From Thermodesulfobacteriota bacterium (GTDB lineage: Bacteria > Desulfobacterota > Desulfarculia > JACQYL01), in contig CAXXLZ010000002.1 of assembly GCA_963675595.2 (NCBI GenBank), positions 608,001 through 672,000 of the forward strand: 64,000 nucleotides of DNA, in the 5' to 3' direction. A program made the translations under genes and the position numbers. Positions 52,312 through 61,706 of this stretch are shown here, in pieces; within the stretch, counting starts at the first letter, position 1; every line of letters starts with the position of its first letter. Below the pieces are notes generated by a model. It saw only the letters and a program-made list of their open reading frames with translations, was not told the DNA's origin and searched no databases.

Positions 52312-55300
52312 CTACGATGTTCTCCTTCGCCGTAAGCGTGAAAGGGCCGCCACAGCCGCCAGAATCATCAGGACGGCGGCGCCCCGGGTGGTGAGGGTGG
52401 GGACGTGCGAAATCCGGGAATACGCCTCTGCGCCGGAGGATGTGTCGGGCGCGCAGGGGCCGCTCGGGTCCGTAATCGTTGTGTCGACTGCGTCGGTGTC
52501 GTAGGGCCCCCCTTCGGTCAGTTGAATGGTGATTTTGGTCTTATCGGGCACAGTGTCATGATCCACGGTCGTGGCAATGTCTTCCCATGCGCCGGTGTTT
52601 TTGTTTTCGTCGAAATAGCCCGTTATCGAAGCGTCCCTGGGAGTGAATACATCAATGGTTACCTTCTGGCCGGCCGTGACGCCGTGAACCTCGAAACTGA
52701 AGGCGCCGAAGGGCATTTGGAGATTGGAAGGCGCACCCACTGCGGTCGGAGAGAAGGCCGAAACGTTTTGAAGACTGATTCCTTCGTTGGCCCGGCAATC
52801 GAAGGTAACATATCCGGAGTCGTCATGGGTCGGCAGGGATGTGACATCGACCTGGTCTTGGTCCGGGATACCATCTCCGTTCCCGTCACCGGTACCGCCG
52901 CCCGGGGTAGGCACATTGGCCTCCGTTCCCGGAGCTACGCCGTCATTGTCGTCCGAGTCTCCGTTGAGGGTCAGGTCATAGGGATTTTCGTCGTCGTCAT
53001 TGTTGTCAATGGAGATGACGGCGGTTTTGTCGCCTGCGGACGTGGGGCTGAAGCGCACCGTAAAGTCGGTGGAACCGGACGCGGCCACGGGTGACGTGGG
53101 TTGCGACCGGATGCTGAATTGATCGGAGTCCGCGCCGCCCACCGAGAGGGGAGTGGTAAATGTCAGATTCGAGGTTCCGGTGTTTTCAATGGTAAACACC
53201 ACGTCCATATCCGTACCTGTAACCCGGCTTCCGAAGTCGTGCGCGCCGCCGTCCGTTATGGGGTTGATTCCCTGCTTGAGGGCGATTTCGGGCGCGGTCC
53301 CTTTACCGTTGAGGGTCAGGTCATAGGGATTTTCGTCGTCGTCATTGTTGTCAATGGAGATGACGGCGGTTTTGTCGCCTGCGGACGTGGGGCTGAAGCG
53401 CACCGTAAAGTCGGTGGAACCGGACCCGGCCACGGGTGACGTGGGTTGCGACCGGATGCTGAATTGATCGGAGTCCGCGCCGCCCACCGAAAGGGGAGTG
53501 GTAAATGTCAGATTCGAGGTTCCGGTGTTTTCAATGGTAAACACCACGTCCGTATCCGTACCTGTAACCCGGCTTCCGAAGTCGTGCGCGCCGCCGTCCG
53601 CTATGGGGTTGATTCCCTGCTTGAGGGTGATTTCGGGCGCGGTCCCTTTACCGTTGAGGGTCAGGTCATAAGGATTTTCGTCGTCGTCATTGTTGTCAAT
53701 GGAGATAACGGCGGTCTTGTCGCCTGTGGACGTGGGGCTGAAGCGCACCGTAAAGTCGGTGGAACCGGACGCGGCCACGGGTGACGTGGGTTGCGACCGG
53801 ATGCTGAATTGATCGGAGTCCGCGCCGCCCACCGAGAGGGGAGTGGTAAATGTCAGATTCGAGGTTCCGGTGTTTTCAATGGTAAACACCACGTCCGTAT
53901 CCGTACCTGTAACCCGGCTTCCGAAGTCGTGCGCGCCGCCGTCCGCTATGGGGTTGATTCCCTGCTTGAGACCCATTTCCGGTGGAGGAAGCTCGGAATA
54001 AGCACCAATGCTGATGGGACTTTCGGGTTCGATCTCAGCCCCACGCTGGTCATAGTAATTGCCTCCCGAAGTGGTGGCGCCGTTCCAAACACCGTTTCCC
54101 GAGTCGGCATATGGAATGGCATCAAGGGCAATACTGCCGCTTTCCAATGCCAGAGTTTGGGTGGGGCCGCCGTTGTCGGCCAATGTCTGGGTGGCTTTGC
54201 CGCTTCCGAAAAGATTCTCCATGCCGGAATAGATATTTGTGCTGTTGGTGAAGGTTTTGCCTGCCCCGGTTGTATCGCCGTTCTGCACGTAAACGATATT
54301 ATATCCCATGTCGTACAGAGTACCATATCCCACGTAGTAATAGTCCTCATCAGAATTCCCGGCTATAATCGTATTCCGTACGGTCATTGTGGAGCGAGGG
54401 GTACCAATGTTTTGATAGAAATACACTCCTCTTCCATAATTTGTTGCAGTATTTCCTGTTATTGTACAGTTCTCTATAGTAGAATAGATCGCTTTGAATG
54501 TCTGACCATAGGCTGCAACACCTCCTCCCCCGCTATTTCCGGCGGTGTTGTTACATATAGTTGATCTTCTGATGACTAAGTCTACGGAAGAAGTGCTTAG
54601 TTCGGCATTGACGATAGTATATATACCGTGTCCCGATTGGATTCCCGTATTGTTGTTTATGGTACACGCATCCACGCTCAAGTTGGAATTTTGGGCAAAT
54701 ACGCCTGAAGCACTGTATTGCGTGACGTTTTGGGAGACCGTGCAGTCCGTCATAGTGGCGGTGGACAGGTCGACGAACAGGCCTCCGACTTGATAGGTTG
54801 CCGTATTCCCTTTCAGGTCCGTTTGATCAAGATGAACGGTGCAGCCGGTGGCGTAGATGCCGCCCCCTTTATAGGACTTGGAGTCTGAAATCACGGAATT
54901 GTTGATGTTCACCGTTCCGGCGGAAATATAGACCGCGCCGCCATATCCGTTTTCAGTATCCCCATTTCCCGATATATCTCCGCCCTTGATCGTCATGTTG
55001 TCGAGCGTGACGGTTTTATCCGCGCCACTGATATGGAACACACGAAACGCGGACGCTCCGGGCGTCGTCACCTGCACGGTCACCGGGTTGGCGTTGCCCG
55101 TGTTGGCACCGTCTATGGTCAGACTTTTCGTGATTGCAAGCTCCGAAAGGATGGTGATGGTTTCATTTCCCGATGCCAGGTTGAAGGTGATGGCATCGTC
55201 TTCCGCGGCATCGGCGATGGCTTGACGCAGGGACCCTGCGCCGGAGTCTGCGTTGCCGGTCACCACGTGTTCGGCGGCGAACGCGGGAAGTATCGGCAAC

Positions 55301-55365
55301 AGGCAACAGCAAAGGGTACAAACGATGCGGATACTGATTCTTAAGCACGGATTGGCAACAATCAT
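52312..55365 (-). CDS. Secreted surface protein: beta-helix-like region, three Ig-like repeats, acidic domain, IPTL-CTERM sorting signal
   Basis: Signal peptide ending AFA; DSGAGSLRQAI; GGA-x repeats; LADNGGPTQT..DQRG..IGAY; GDGNGDG; C-terminal VPTL + TM + RRRR. Confidence 0.85.
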   Translation of the reverse strand: MIVANPCLRISIRIVCTLCCCLLPILPAFAAEHVVTGNADSGAGSLRQAIADAAEDDAITFNLASGNETITILSELAITKSLTIDGANTGNANPVTVQVTTPGASAFRVFHISGADKTVTLDNMTIKGGDISGNGDTENGYGGAVYISAGTVNINNSVISDSKSYKGGGIYATGCTVHLDQTDLKGNTATYQVGGLFVDLSTATMTDCTVSQNVTQYSASGVFAQNSNLSVDACTINNNTGIQSGHGIYTIVNAELSTSSVDLVIRRSTICNNTAGNSGGGGVAAYGQTFKAIYSTIENCTITGNTATNYGRGVYFYQNIGTPRSTMTVRNTIIAGNSDEDYYYVGYGTLYDMGYNIVYVQNGDTTGAGKTFTNSTNIYSGMENLFGSGKATQTLADNGGPTQTLALESGSIALDAIPYADSGNGVWNGATTSGGNYYDQRGAEIEPESPISIGAYSELPPPEMGLKQGINPIADGGAHDFGSRVTGTDTDVVFTIENTGTSNLTFTTPLSVGGADSDQFSIRSQPTSPVAASGSTDFTVRFSPTSTGDKTAVISIDNNDDDENPYDLTLNGKGTAPEITLKQGINPIADGGAHDFGSRVTGTDTDVVFTIENTGTSNLTFTTPLSVGGADSDQFSIRSQPTSPVAGSGSTDFTVRFSPTSAGDKTAVISIDNNDDDENPYDLTLNGKGTAPEIALKQGINPITDGGAHDFGSRVTGTDMDVVFTIENTGTSNLTFTTPLSVGGADSDQFSIRSQPTSPVAASGSTDFTVRFSPTSAGDKTAVISIDNNDDDENPYDLTLNGDSDDNDGVAPGTEANVPTPGGGTGDGNGDGIPDQDQVDVTSLPTHDDSGYVTFDCRANEGISLQNVSAFSPTAVGAPSNLQMPFGAFSFEVHGVTAGQKVTIDVFTPRDASITGYFDENKNTGAWEDIATTVDHDTVPDKTKITIQLTEGGPYDTDAVDTTITDPSGPCAPDTSSGAEAYSRISHVPTLTTRGAAVLMILAAVAALSRLRRRRTS
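52961..53970 (-). repeat. About 2.9 near-identical 345-bp tandem repeats (115-aa Ig-like domains)
   Basis: Unit start CCGTTGAGGGTCAGGTCATA at 52961, 53306 and 53651; only scattered substitutions. Confidence 0.95.
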
Positions 55366-55756
55366 GAAGAAACCTCTTTTTCCATTGTCATTTCAGATGC
55401 CTCGTTTGGTCGCGAGACGCTCGACAGGCTCCACATGTGCTCTTTGAAGGCCCGAAAGGTACTTGAAGCCGCTCTAAGCACTCCCAATGCGATCTCTGCC
55501 CGGCTTGAAAAGTTCTTCACGTACATTTCAGAAATACCTCTCCTACCGGAATCCCGCAACCCGTTTTTGAGATCATGCGTCTTCAATGCCGCCGGCCGAC
55601 GGATCCATCCGTGATTGCGGCTTGACTTTGAAGCGGTCACTACGATACAAAAAATTAAGACGTATTGTTTCGCAGACATTCATAGGTCGGCGGCTGAAGG
55701 ATGATATTTCCAAGCCGTACTCAGCTTACACGCACATTCGCAGATAGGAATCGACC

Positions 55757-56281
55757 ATGCAGGATACGCCCCGGACCAAGTCTACGCCGGATGAAAACAT
55801 CAGTCGTCGCAAGATACTCAAAGCGGTTGCCGCTCTTGGAGGGGCATTTGCCGGAACCGCCCTGGTACCCGGGAAATGGTCGTCTCCGGTCGTTGACTTG
55901 GGAGTCGTGCCGGCCCATGCGCAGGCCAATTCAGACCCTCTGGAGCTTATCGGAGAATTGGAGATTCATGAAGCCTCTCCCGACGTATTCGACGAGATAG
56001 CACCTCTGGACAACGCGATCTCCTATTCGGCTCAATGCGAATACAAGGATCCTCTCCGATCATTGACCTCCGCCAACACCACGGCTACCGGCAAGACCAA
56101 CTGCAGCGCCAGTGTCCCCACCAGCGTGAGCTATGTCTCTCCCGAACGGGCCTCTCAAGGCTATATCGGCTTCCTGTTCCAGACCGCGCTGTGCAATCTG
56201 ACGTCCACCGAATTCTGTGTGAAGATCAATTCCGGCAGTCGTTACAGCAATGAGAAATGCGCCCTCATCACGCATGAATGA
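55757..56281 (+). CDS. Tat-signal protein with WxxPxV...PAHAQ leader and a Ser/Thr/Cys-rich mature region; candidate modification substrate
   Basis: SRRKILK + hydrophobic stretch + PGKWSSPVVDLGVVPAHAQA; SD-like AGGA before ATG. Confidence 0.75.
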   Translation: MQDTPRTKSTPDENISRRKILKAVAALGGAFAGTALVPGKWSSPVVDLGVVPAHAQANSDPLELIGELEIHEASPDVFDEIAPLDNAISYSAQCEYKDPLRSLTSANTTATGKTNCSASVPTSVSYVSPERASQGYIGFLFQTALCNLTSTEFCVKINSGSRYSNEKCALITHE

Positions 56282-56365
56282 CGCCTCGTTTGTCCAAAGT
56301 CCGGGACCGGGTCCATTCGTGAACCTCCGGCTTCTCTCGTAAGGGACAAGTAGGGCAGGCGGCGA

Positions 56366-59300
56366 ATGGCGAAAATCGTCCTGTATACCTCCGGAACATT
56401 GGGAGATCACCTGCCGTTCATCGCTCTGGGTCGGGCGTTGGCGGAAGGCGGCCATGAGGTGCGCTTGGCCGCCAACAAAGCCATGCACTCCCATGTTCGG
56501 CGATCCGGTCTTGAGGCCGTCTCCCTGGGAGAGGAAGACTTAGGCCCACAAGAAGCCCGGCGTGACGCCTGGGCCTGGGACTTCTGGAAGTGTCCCGATC
56601 CGAGTTCCCATCCGCAAGCTCCTTCAGTCCCCTTCGAAAGCTACATGGTACAGGTGCACAATCTGCTGGAATTGTGCAAGGGAGCGGATATCCTGATTTC
56701 CACCGCCATCCGGCTGCAAGGTTTCATTGTCGCCCGTGCCCTCAAAATGCCCTGGCTTACCGCCTCACTGAACCCCTACACTTTCTGGGCGCCCGCCACG
56801 CCCAAGCAGGCACGAGATCAGTACCAACTTCGTCAAAAGGAATACCGCCGTTTCAGCGTAGTCGCGAACTTGGCCTTTGAGGAATTGGGCGTGGATGAAC
56901 GCGTCGGGGCCTGGTCGCCCGGCTGGCTCTATGCACGCCACATACTGCTCGCCGCCGGCGCTCATTTCGGCAAACCCGACCTCGATCAATTTCAGCCCAA
57001 CACCAGCATAGATATGACCGGATTCTGGTTTTACCAGGACCCCCGATGGTCGGAATGGAGACCGGATGAGGACCTGCTGCGGGTGTGCGAACCGGCGGAT
57101 CCGAACCGGAAGCCCATTGTTTTGTCTTTCAGCAGCCAACCCCTGCTGGAAGCGGAAAGCATCCTACAACGGCACGTTCGGGCGGCCGCCGCTCTGAATC
57201 GCCCTCTCGTGATCCAGCGTGGCTGGGCCGACTTCTCGGAATCCCAATTGCCGCCGGACGTGGACTCCGGGAACGTACTGTTTACCGATTTCATCCCCCA
57301 CGACTGGCTTTTTGCCCGGGCCGCCTGCACAATCCAGCATGGCGGCATCGGATCCATCGCCCGCGCACTGGCCCATGGCTGTCCCGTTCTAGTGGAACCT
57401 TTCGGCAACGATCAATTATTCAACGCAAACCTGGTTGAGAGGCTCGGTGTGGGAGCCGCACTCCATCCGTACGAAAGCGAGATCGAAGACCTGGTGGATG
57501 CCGTGCGGAACAAAGTGCTCACGCCCGACTGTCGGCACCGGGCAAAGACTTTGGGGGAGAAGATCAAGACCGAACACGGCCTGGAAACCGCCTGTGAAAT
57601 GATCGAGCGCTATCTCGGGCGTATCGGCCCCGACGGCGACCTCCCGAAGATATACGGACGCTTCGCTCCGCCCCTCGGCCGAAGGCCGCGACGCCCCATG
57701 AGCGCGGGAACCGACATTCAAGGCGGAGCCGTCTCAACGGTTGCGCCCACCGATGAGACCAAGAACGCCATTCCAAAAATCATCCATCAGACTTGGCAAA
57801 ACCACAACCTACCGCAGGACATGGCCGCCTGGCAGCGCACCTGGCTGAAGCATCACCCGGATTGGACGTATTACCTGTGGACGGATGAGGATAAACGCCG
57901 ATTCCTGAATGATCACTATTCCTGGTTCCTGCCTGTGTACGACGGGTATCCCGAGGAGATCATGCGGGTCGACGCCGTGCGATACTTTCTACTCCACCAT
58001 TACGGCGGGGTTTACGTAGACCTCGACTTCGAATGTTTCCGTCCTTTGGAGCCTCTTCTATCCGGCAAGACATTGTTTTTCGGCCTTGAACCCGAGGAAC
58101 ACGCCAGGCTTCAATCCACGGACCGCCACCGCGTCAGCTGGATCGTGTGCAACGCGTTCATGGCCTCGGTACCCGGACATCCTTTCTGGGAGCATTCGTT
58201 CAAGCAATTGATCGCTTATCACAAAGCCCCCGGAGTACTGGACGCAACAGGTCCTTTCTTTCTGACCCGGACCTGCCGAACCTACGCGAATCAGTCCGAA
58301 ATTCACCTCGAACCCCCGGAAACGCTGTACCCGATCCACAACCGACAGAAATGGGACAACCTGCCGGCCGAGGAACGGGAGCGCATCCGTGGAACCGCGT
58401 ATGGTGTTCATCATTGGAGCGGCGTTTGGTGGCGTCCAATCGTCGCGCAACAAGCCAATCAGGCTTCCGTGTTATTGGCCGACAAAGGCATGCAACTGGC
58501 CCAGGCCACCGCGGACCTCGAAGGCTGCCGCGCGTCTCTCTCACAATCGAGCGCCCCGCCGCTCATCTCCTGCCTGATGGTGACCCGAAATCGCCCGCAT
58601 TTGGCACAACGGGCGATCACCTGCTTTCAAAGGCAAACCTACCCTCAAAGAGAGTTGGTCATTGTGGACGACAGTCCGGATGACGCCCTCCAAGTCCGGG
58701 TCGACCGATTGCAGGATGAGCGCATCCGCTACCTGCGCCTGCTTCCCGGAGGCGCATCGCTCGGTGAGCTGCGCAACATTGCCGTTTGGAAGGCGGCCGG
58801 CGAGTATGTCGCCCAATGGGACGACGACGATCTCTCCGACCCCCTGCGGCTGGAAAACCAGATGGCCCTGATTCGGGCTTATCAGGTCGAAGCCTGCATG
58901 CTTGCCCGCCAAATTCTCTGGTGGCCTTCGAGACGCCGCTTGGCCGTCTCGACGCCTCGTATCTGGGAAGGCTCCTTTGTCTGCCGGCGAAAGGCTCTGC
59001 CTCCCTATCCTCATCAACGCAAGGGAGAGGACACCCCGGTCATCAACCGAATCGTCTCGGAGGAGAGGGTCGTTCTTCTGAATCTCCCCCAAATGTATGT
59101 GTACGTTTTTCACGGTGAAAACACTTTCGACGAAAGCCATTGGGAGAAGCTGTGGGCCGCCGCGGACGAATGGTATGAAGGCGATCATTACGACATCCGG
59201 ATACGGGAATTGGAAGAGCGCCTCAATTTGGACCTGAGTGGAAACGGGGAGCCTCCGACAACCGAGGCGTCCTCTCCGCGAGTCCCCTCTTCTTCCGAAG

Positions 59301-60181
59301 CTCCGGCCGTTGGAGAGACGGACGAGAGCCGACCGGCCCCCGGACCGCTGATGGAAGCGGAGGAAGCGGGTCCCCCGCACCCCATAAGCTCTCCACCCTC
59401 CCCCGAAAATCGACCTGCGGTGCTCATCCTCGTCCCCGTCAAGGATGCCGAGCCTTACCTGCCGTCCTTCCTGGACGGATTGGATGCCCTGACCTATCCC
59501 CCGAGGCGGCTGTCCCTCGCTTTTCTGGAGGGCGACAGCACGGACGACACGTATGGACAGGTCCAAAGGCTGCTGCCCAAACTGAGGGAAAGGTATGCCG
59601 GAGTGGCGCTCTATAAAAGAGACTACGCCTACCGCGTCGACAAGCCGCGCTGGGAACCCGGCGAGCAGATCAAACGCCGATCAATTTTGGCTGGAAGCCG
59701 CAATTATCTACTGTCGCGCGCCCTGGGCGAGGAGGACTGGGTGCTTTGGATGGACGTGGACCTGGCGCGATGGCCCAAAGACGTCATTGAGCGACTGCTG
59801 GCCCCCGGCAAGGAAATCGTGGTTCCCAACTGCCTCCGTCTGGGAAGCGGCGCCACCTTCGACATGAACAGCTTCAAACTCAAACCAAATGCCGAAAACC
59901 TGGATTGGGATTCCCATTTGATCAACGGCATTCTTCAGCCGCCGGCCGGTTACGGGCGACTTTATCTGAACGATCTGCGCGAGCATTCCATTGTCGAGCT
60001 CGACGCCGTGGGCGGGACCATGCTGCTGGTAAAGGCGGACCTGCACCGCGAGGGACTGGTCTTTCCGACTTTCCCCTACAAGCGACACATTGAAACCGAG
60101 GGACTGGCCATGATGGCCCGGGATATGGGCTATTCGTGCTGGGGCCTGCCGAACCTGGAAATCCACCACCCCCCAACCTAA
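56366..60181 (+). CDS. Four-domain glycosyltransferase (GT1-like + GT32-like + GT2 + GT62/Anp1-like)
   Basis: GTLGDHLPF/HGGIGS/GNDQ; IPKIIHQTW/RYFLLHHYGGVYVDLD; ISCLMVTRNR/QWDDDD; SRNYLL/WMDVD/LDAVGG/IETEG. Confidence 0.88.
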   Translation: MAKIVLYTSGTLGDHLPFIALGRALAEGGHEVRLAANKAMHSHVRRSGLEAVSLGEEDLGPQEARRDAWAWDFWKCPDPSSHPQAPSVPFESYMVQVHNLLELCKGADILISTAIRLQGFIVARALKMPWLTASLNPYTFWAPATPKQARDQYQLRQKEYRRFSVVANLAFEELGVDERVGAWSPGWLYARHILLAAGAHFGKPDLDQFQPNTSIDMTGFWFYQDPRWSEWRPDEDLLRVCEPADPNRKPIVLSFSSQPLLEAESILQRHVRAAAALNRPLVIQRGWADFSESQLPPDVDSGNVLFTDFIPHDWLFARAACTIQHGGIGSIARALAHGCPVLVEPFGNDQLFNANLVERLGVGAALHPYESEIEDLVDAVRNKVLTPDCRHRAKTLGEKIKTEHGLETACEMIERYLGRIGPDGDLPKIYGRFAPPLGRRPRRPMSAGTDIQGGAVSTVAPTDETKNAIPKIIHQTWQNHNLPQDMAAWQRTWLKHHPDWTYYLWTDEDKRRFLNDHYSWFLPVYDGYPEEIMRVDAVRYFLLHHYGGVYVDLDFECFRPLEPLLSGKTLFFGLEPEEHARLQSTDRHRVSWIVCNAFMASVPGHPFWEHSFKQLIAYHKAPGVLDATGPFFLTRTCRTYANQSEIHLEPPETLYPIHNRQKWDNLPAEERERIRGTAYGVHHWSGVWWRPIVAQQANQASVLLADKGMQLAQATADLEGCRASLSQSSAPPLISCLMVTRNRPHLAQRAITCFQRQTYPQRELVIVDDSPDDALQVRVDRLQDERIRYLRLLPGGASLGELRNIAVWKAAGEYVAQWDDDDLSDPLRLENQMALIRAYQVEACMLARQILWWPSRRRLAVSTPRIWEGSFVCRRKALPPYPHQRKGEDTPVINRIVSEERVVLLNLPQMYVYVFHGENTFDESHWEKLWAAADEWYEGDHYDIRIRELEERLNLDLSGNGEPPTTEASSPRVPSSSEAPAVGETDESRPAPGPLMEAEEAGPPHPISSPPSPENRPAVLILVPVKDAEPYLPSFLDGLDALTYPPRRLSLAFLEGDSTDDTYGQVQRLLPKLRERYAGVALYKRDYAYRVDKPRWEPGEQIKRRSILAGSRNYLLSRALGEEDWVLWMDVDLARWPKDVIERLLAPGKEIVVPNCLRLGSGATFDMNSFKLKPNAENLDWDSHLINGILQPPAGYGRLYLNDLREHSIVELDAVGGTMLLVKADLHREGLVFPTFPYKRHIETEGLAMMARDMGYSCWGLPNLEIHHPPT

Positions 60182-60190
60182 GGTGCTTTG

Positions 60191-60511
60191 ATGGAGACGA
60201 CGAACAATCCCGGCGGTCACCACGTACGAGACGACGACTATCCCACTCGGGAAAGCGACTTCACGCTCGAACAGCTGGACGGCGAGCTGCTTCTTTACCA
60301 CCCCACGGAGACCACCATTCTTTATCTCAACCAGACCGCTTCGATGATCTGGGGACTCTGCGACGGCAGCAGGAACGTGCGTCGGATCATCCAACTGCTC
60401 ATCGAGGCCTATCCCGATGGCGCTGAGGCCATCCCTTCGGAAGTGACCTCCACGCTGGAGAAATTCCTCGAAGCCGGCAGTATCCGTTTGGAGAACGAGC
60501 CAAAAGATTGA
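60191..60511 (+). CDS. Stand-alone PqqD-family RiPP recognition element (RRE)
   Basis: LDGELLLY..YLNQTASMIWGLCDGSR...L.EAY...V...LEKFLEAGSI pattern. Confidence 0.9.
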   Translation: METTNNPGGHHVRDDDYPTRESDFTLEQLDGELLLYHPTETTILYLNQTASMIWGLCDGSRNVRRIIQLLIEAYPDGAEAIPSEVTSTLEKFLEAGSIRLENEPKD

Positions 60512-60737
60512 AGGAACCGTGGGCTCGCTTTCTTTCTCAAGGGATTTCGTCCAAAATTCGTAACTCCCGGTCCTCTCCGCCCCGAGGGGATGCCGGATGT
60601 CAAGATCACGGAGCTTCGCCTGTGGATCCGGCGGTACTACGGAGTGCAATCGTCGGTCGGGATCGGTGTCGAAGGATGAACATACCCCACACGAGATGGA
60701 ATAAATCAAAGGACCGGTCAGTGAACCCGGAGAGGCC

Positions 60738-61601
60738 ATGAGATCGCGATGGGTACGATTTGCGGGAGTCATCCTCCGAATCGACTACGAAGGTGAAGCC
60801 GCTTCGCGCCTTGTGGACGTCCTTTATCGTCATCTCCCCGATGCTTCGGTTGCCGGCCGATTCCAGGCCCCCCATGTCGCGTATCGATTGATCGGCCACG
60901 ATGAAACCGGCGAACTGTGTCTCTTCATCGGGCAGGAAACCGAGGTGCGCTTCACCGAGCCGAGCGACATGGCGGCCTATTTGATGCATCAAACCTCCTA
61001 CGATCCGGCCTATCACTGCAAGGCCGGAATCATGCTCCACAGCGCCTGCATTTGCCGCCACAGGCGAGGCCTGCTGCTGCCCGGCGCTTCCGGCAGCGGA
61101 AAGACCACCCTCAGCGCTCGACTACTAAGCAGCGGATTCGATTTTCTGAGCGACGAACTGATTTTTGTCGGCCATGGAACCAACGAAGGCCAAGGGCTCA
61201 CGCTGCCCTTCAATTTCAAACCCTCCGCCCGGCCCTTGTGGGAAACCGCCTTCGGCATTCGACCTTCCGACCCGGCCATACTGAGCAACTCCGATTTGGA
61301 TCTCGTGCCGCCGGACCTGTTGAAAGGCGGCTCCACGGTCGAACAATCCACCCTGCACGCGGTCGTGTTCCCACACTTCACTCCCGAAGCAAAGAACGGC
61401 TTGCCCGAGCTGAAGCCCATGTCCAAAGCGCGGGCCGGTCTCAGACTCATGGAAGTGCTTCTTAACGCGCGCAATCTGCCGGGACACGGCTTCCCGGAGA
61501 TCAGCCGTCTGGCGCGGGACCTGCCCGCATACGAAATGGTTTATGGGGGGTTCGACGGAGTCGAACGGGCCGTCGGCAGTCTCCTTCCAACGGAAGGTTG
61601 A
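60738..61601 (+). CDS. HprK-related P-loop kinase
   Basis: LHSACI..GLLLPGASGSGKTTL..GFDFLSDE. Confidence 0.85.
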   Translation: MRSRWVRFAGVILRIDYEGEAASRLVDVLYRHLPDASVAGRFQAPHVAYRLIGHDETGELCLFIGQETEVRFTEPSDMAAYLMHQTSYDPAYHCKAGIMLHSACICRHRRGLLLPGASGSGKTTLSARLLSSGFDFLSDELIFVGHGTNEGQGLTLPFNFKPSARPLWETAFGIRPSDPAILSNSDLDLVPPDLLKGGSTVEQSTLHAVVFPHFTPEAKNGLPELKPMSKARAGLRLMEVLLNARNLPGHGFPEISRLARDLPAYEMVYGGFDGVERAVGSLLPTEG

Positions 61602-61706
61602 ACACCGCCGCCGTCTTTGTTCAACCCGTGTGAGGACAAGGGTCCGGCCGGCAACTCAAAATCGTCTGATCGGGGGTAAACCGAACCCCGACGGCCGCCC
61701 GGACCA

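Noticed and set aside
52961-53970. CRISPR array
   Set aside because: The repeats are 345-bp in-frame coding units without spacers; no cas genes or short spaced repeats were seen in the window.
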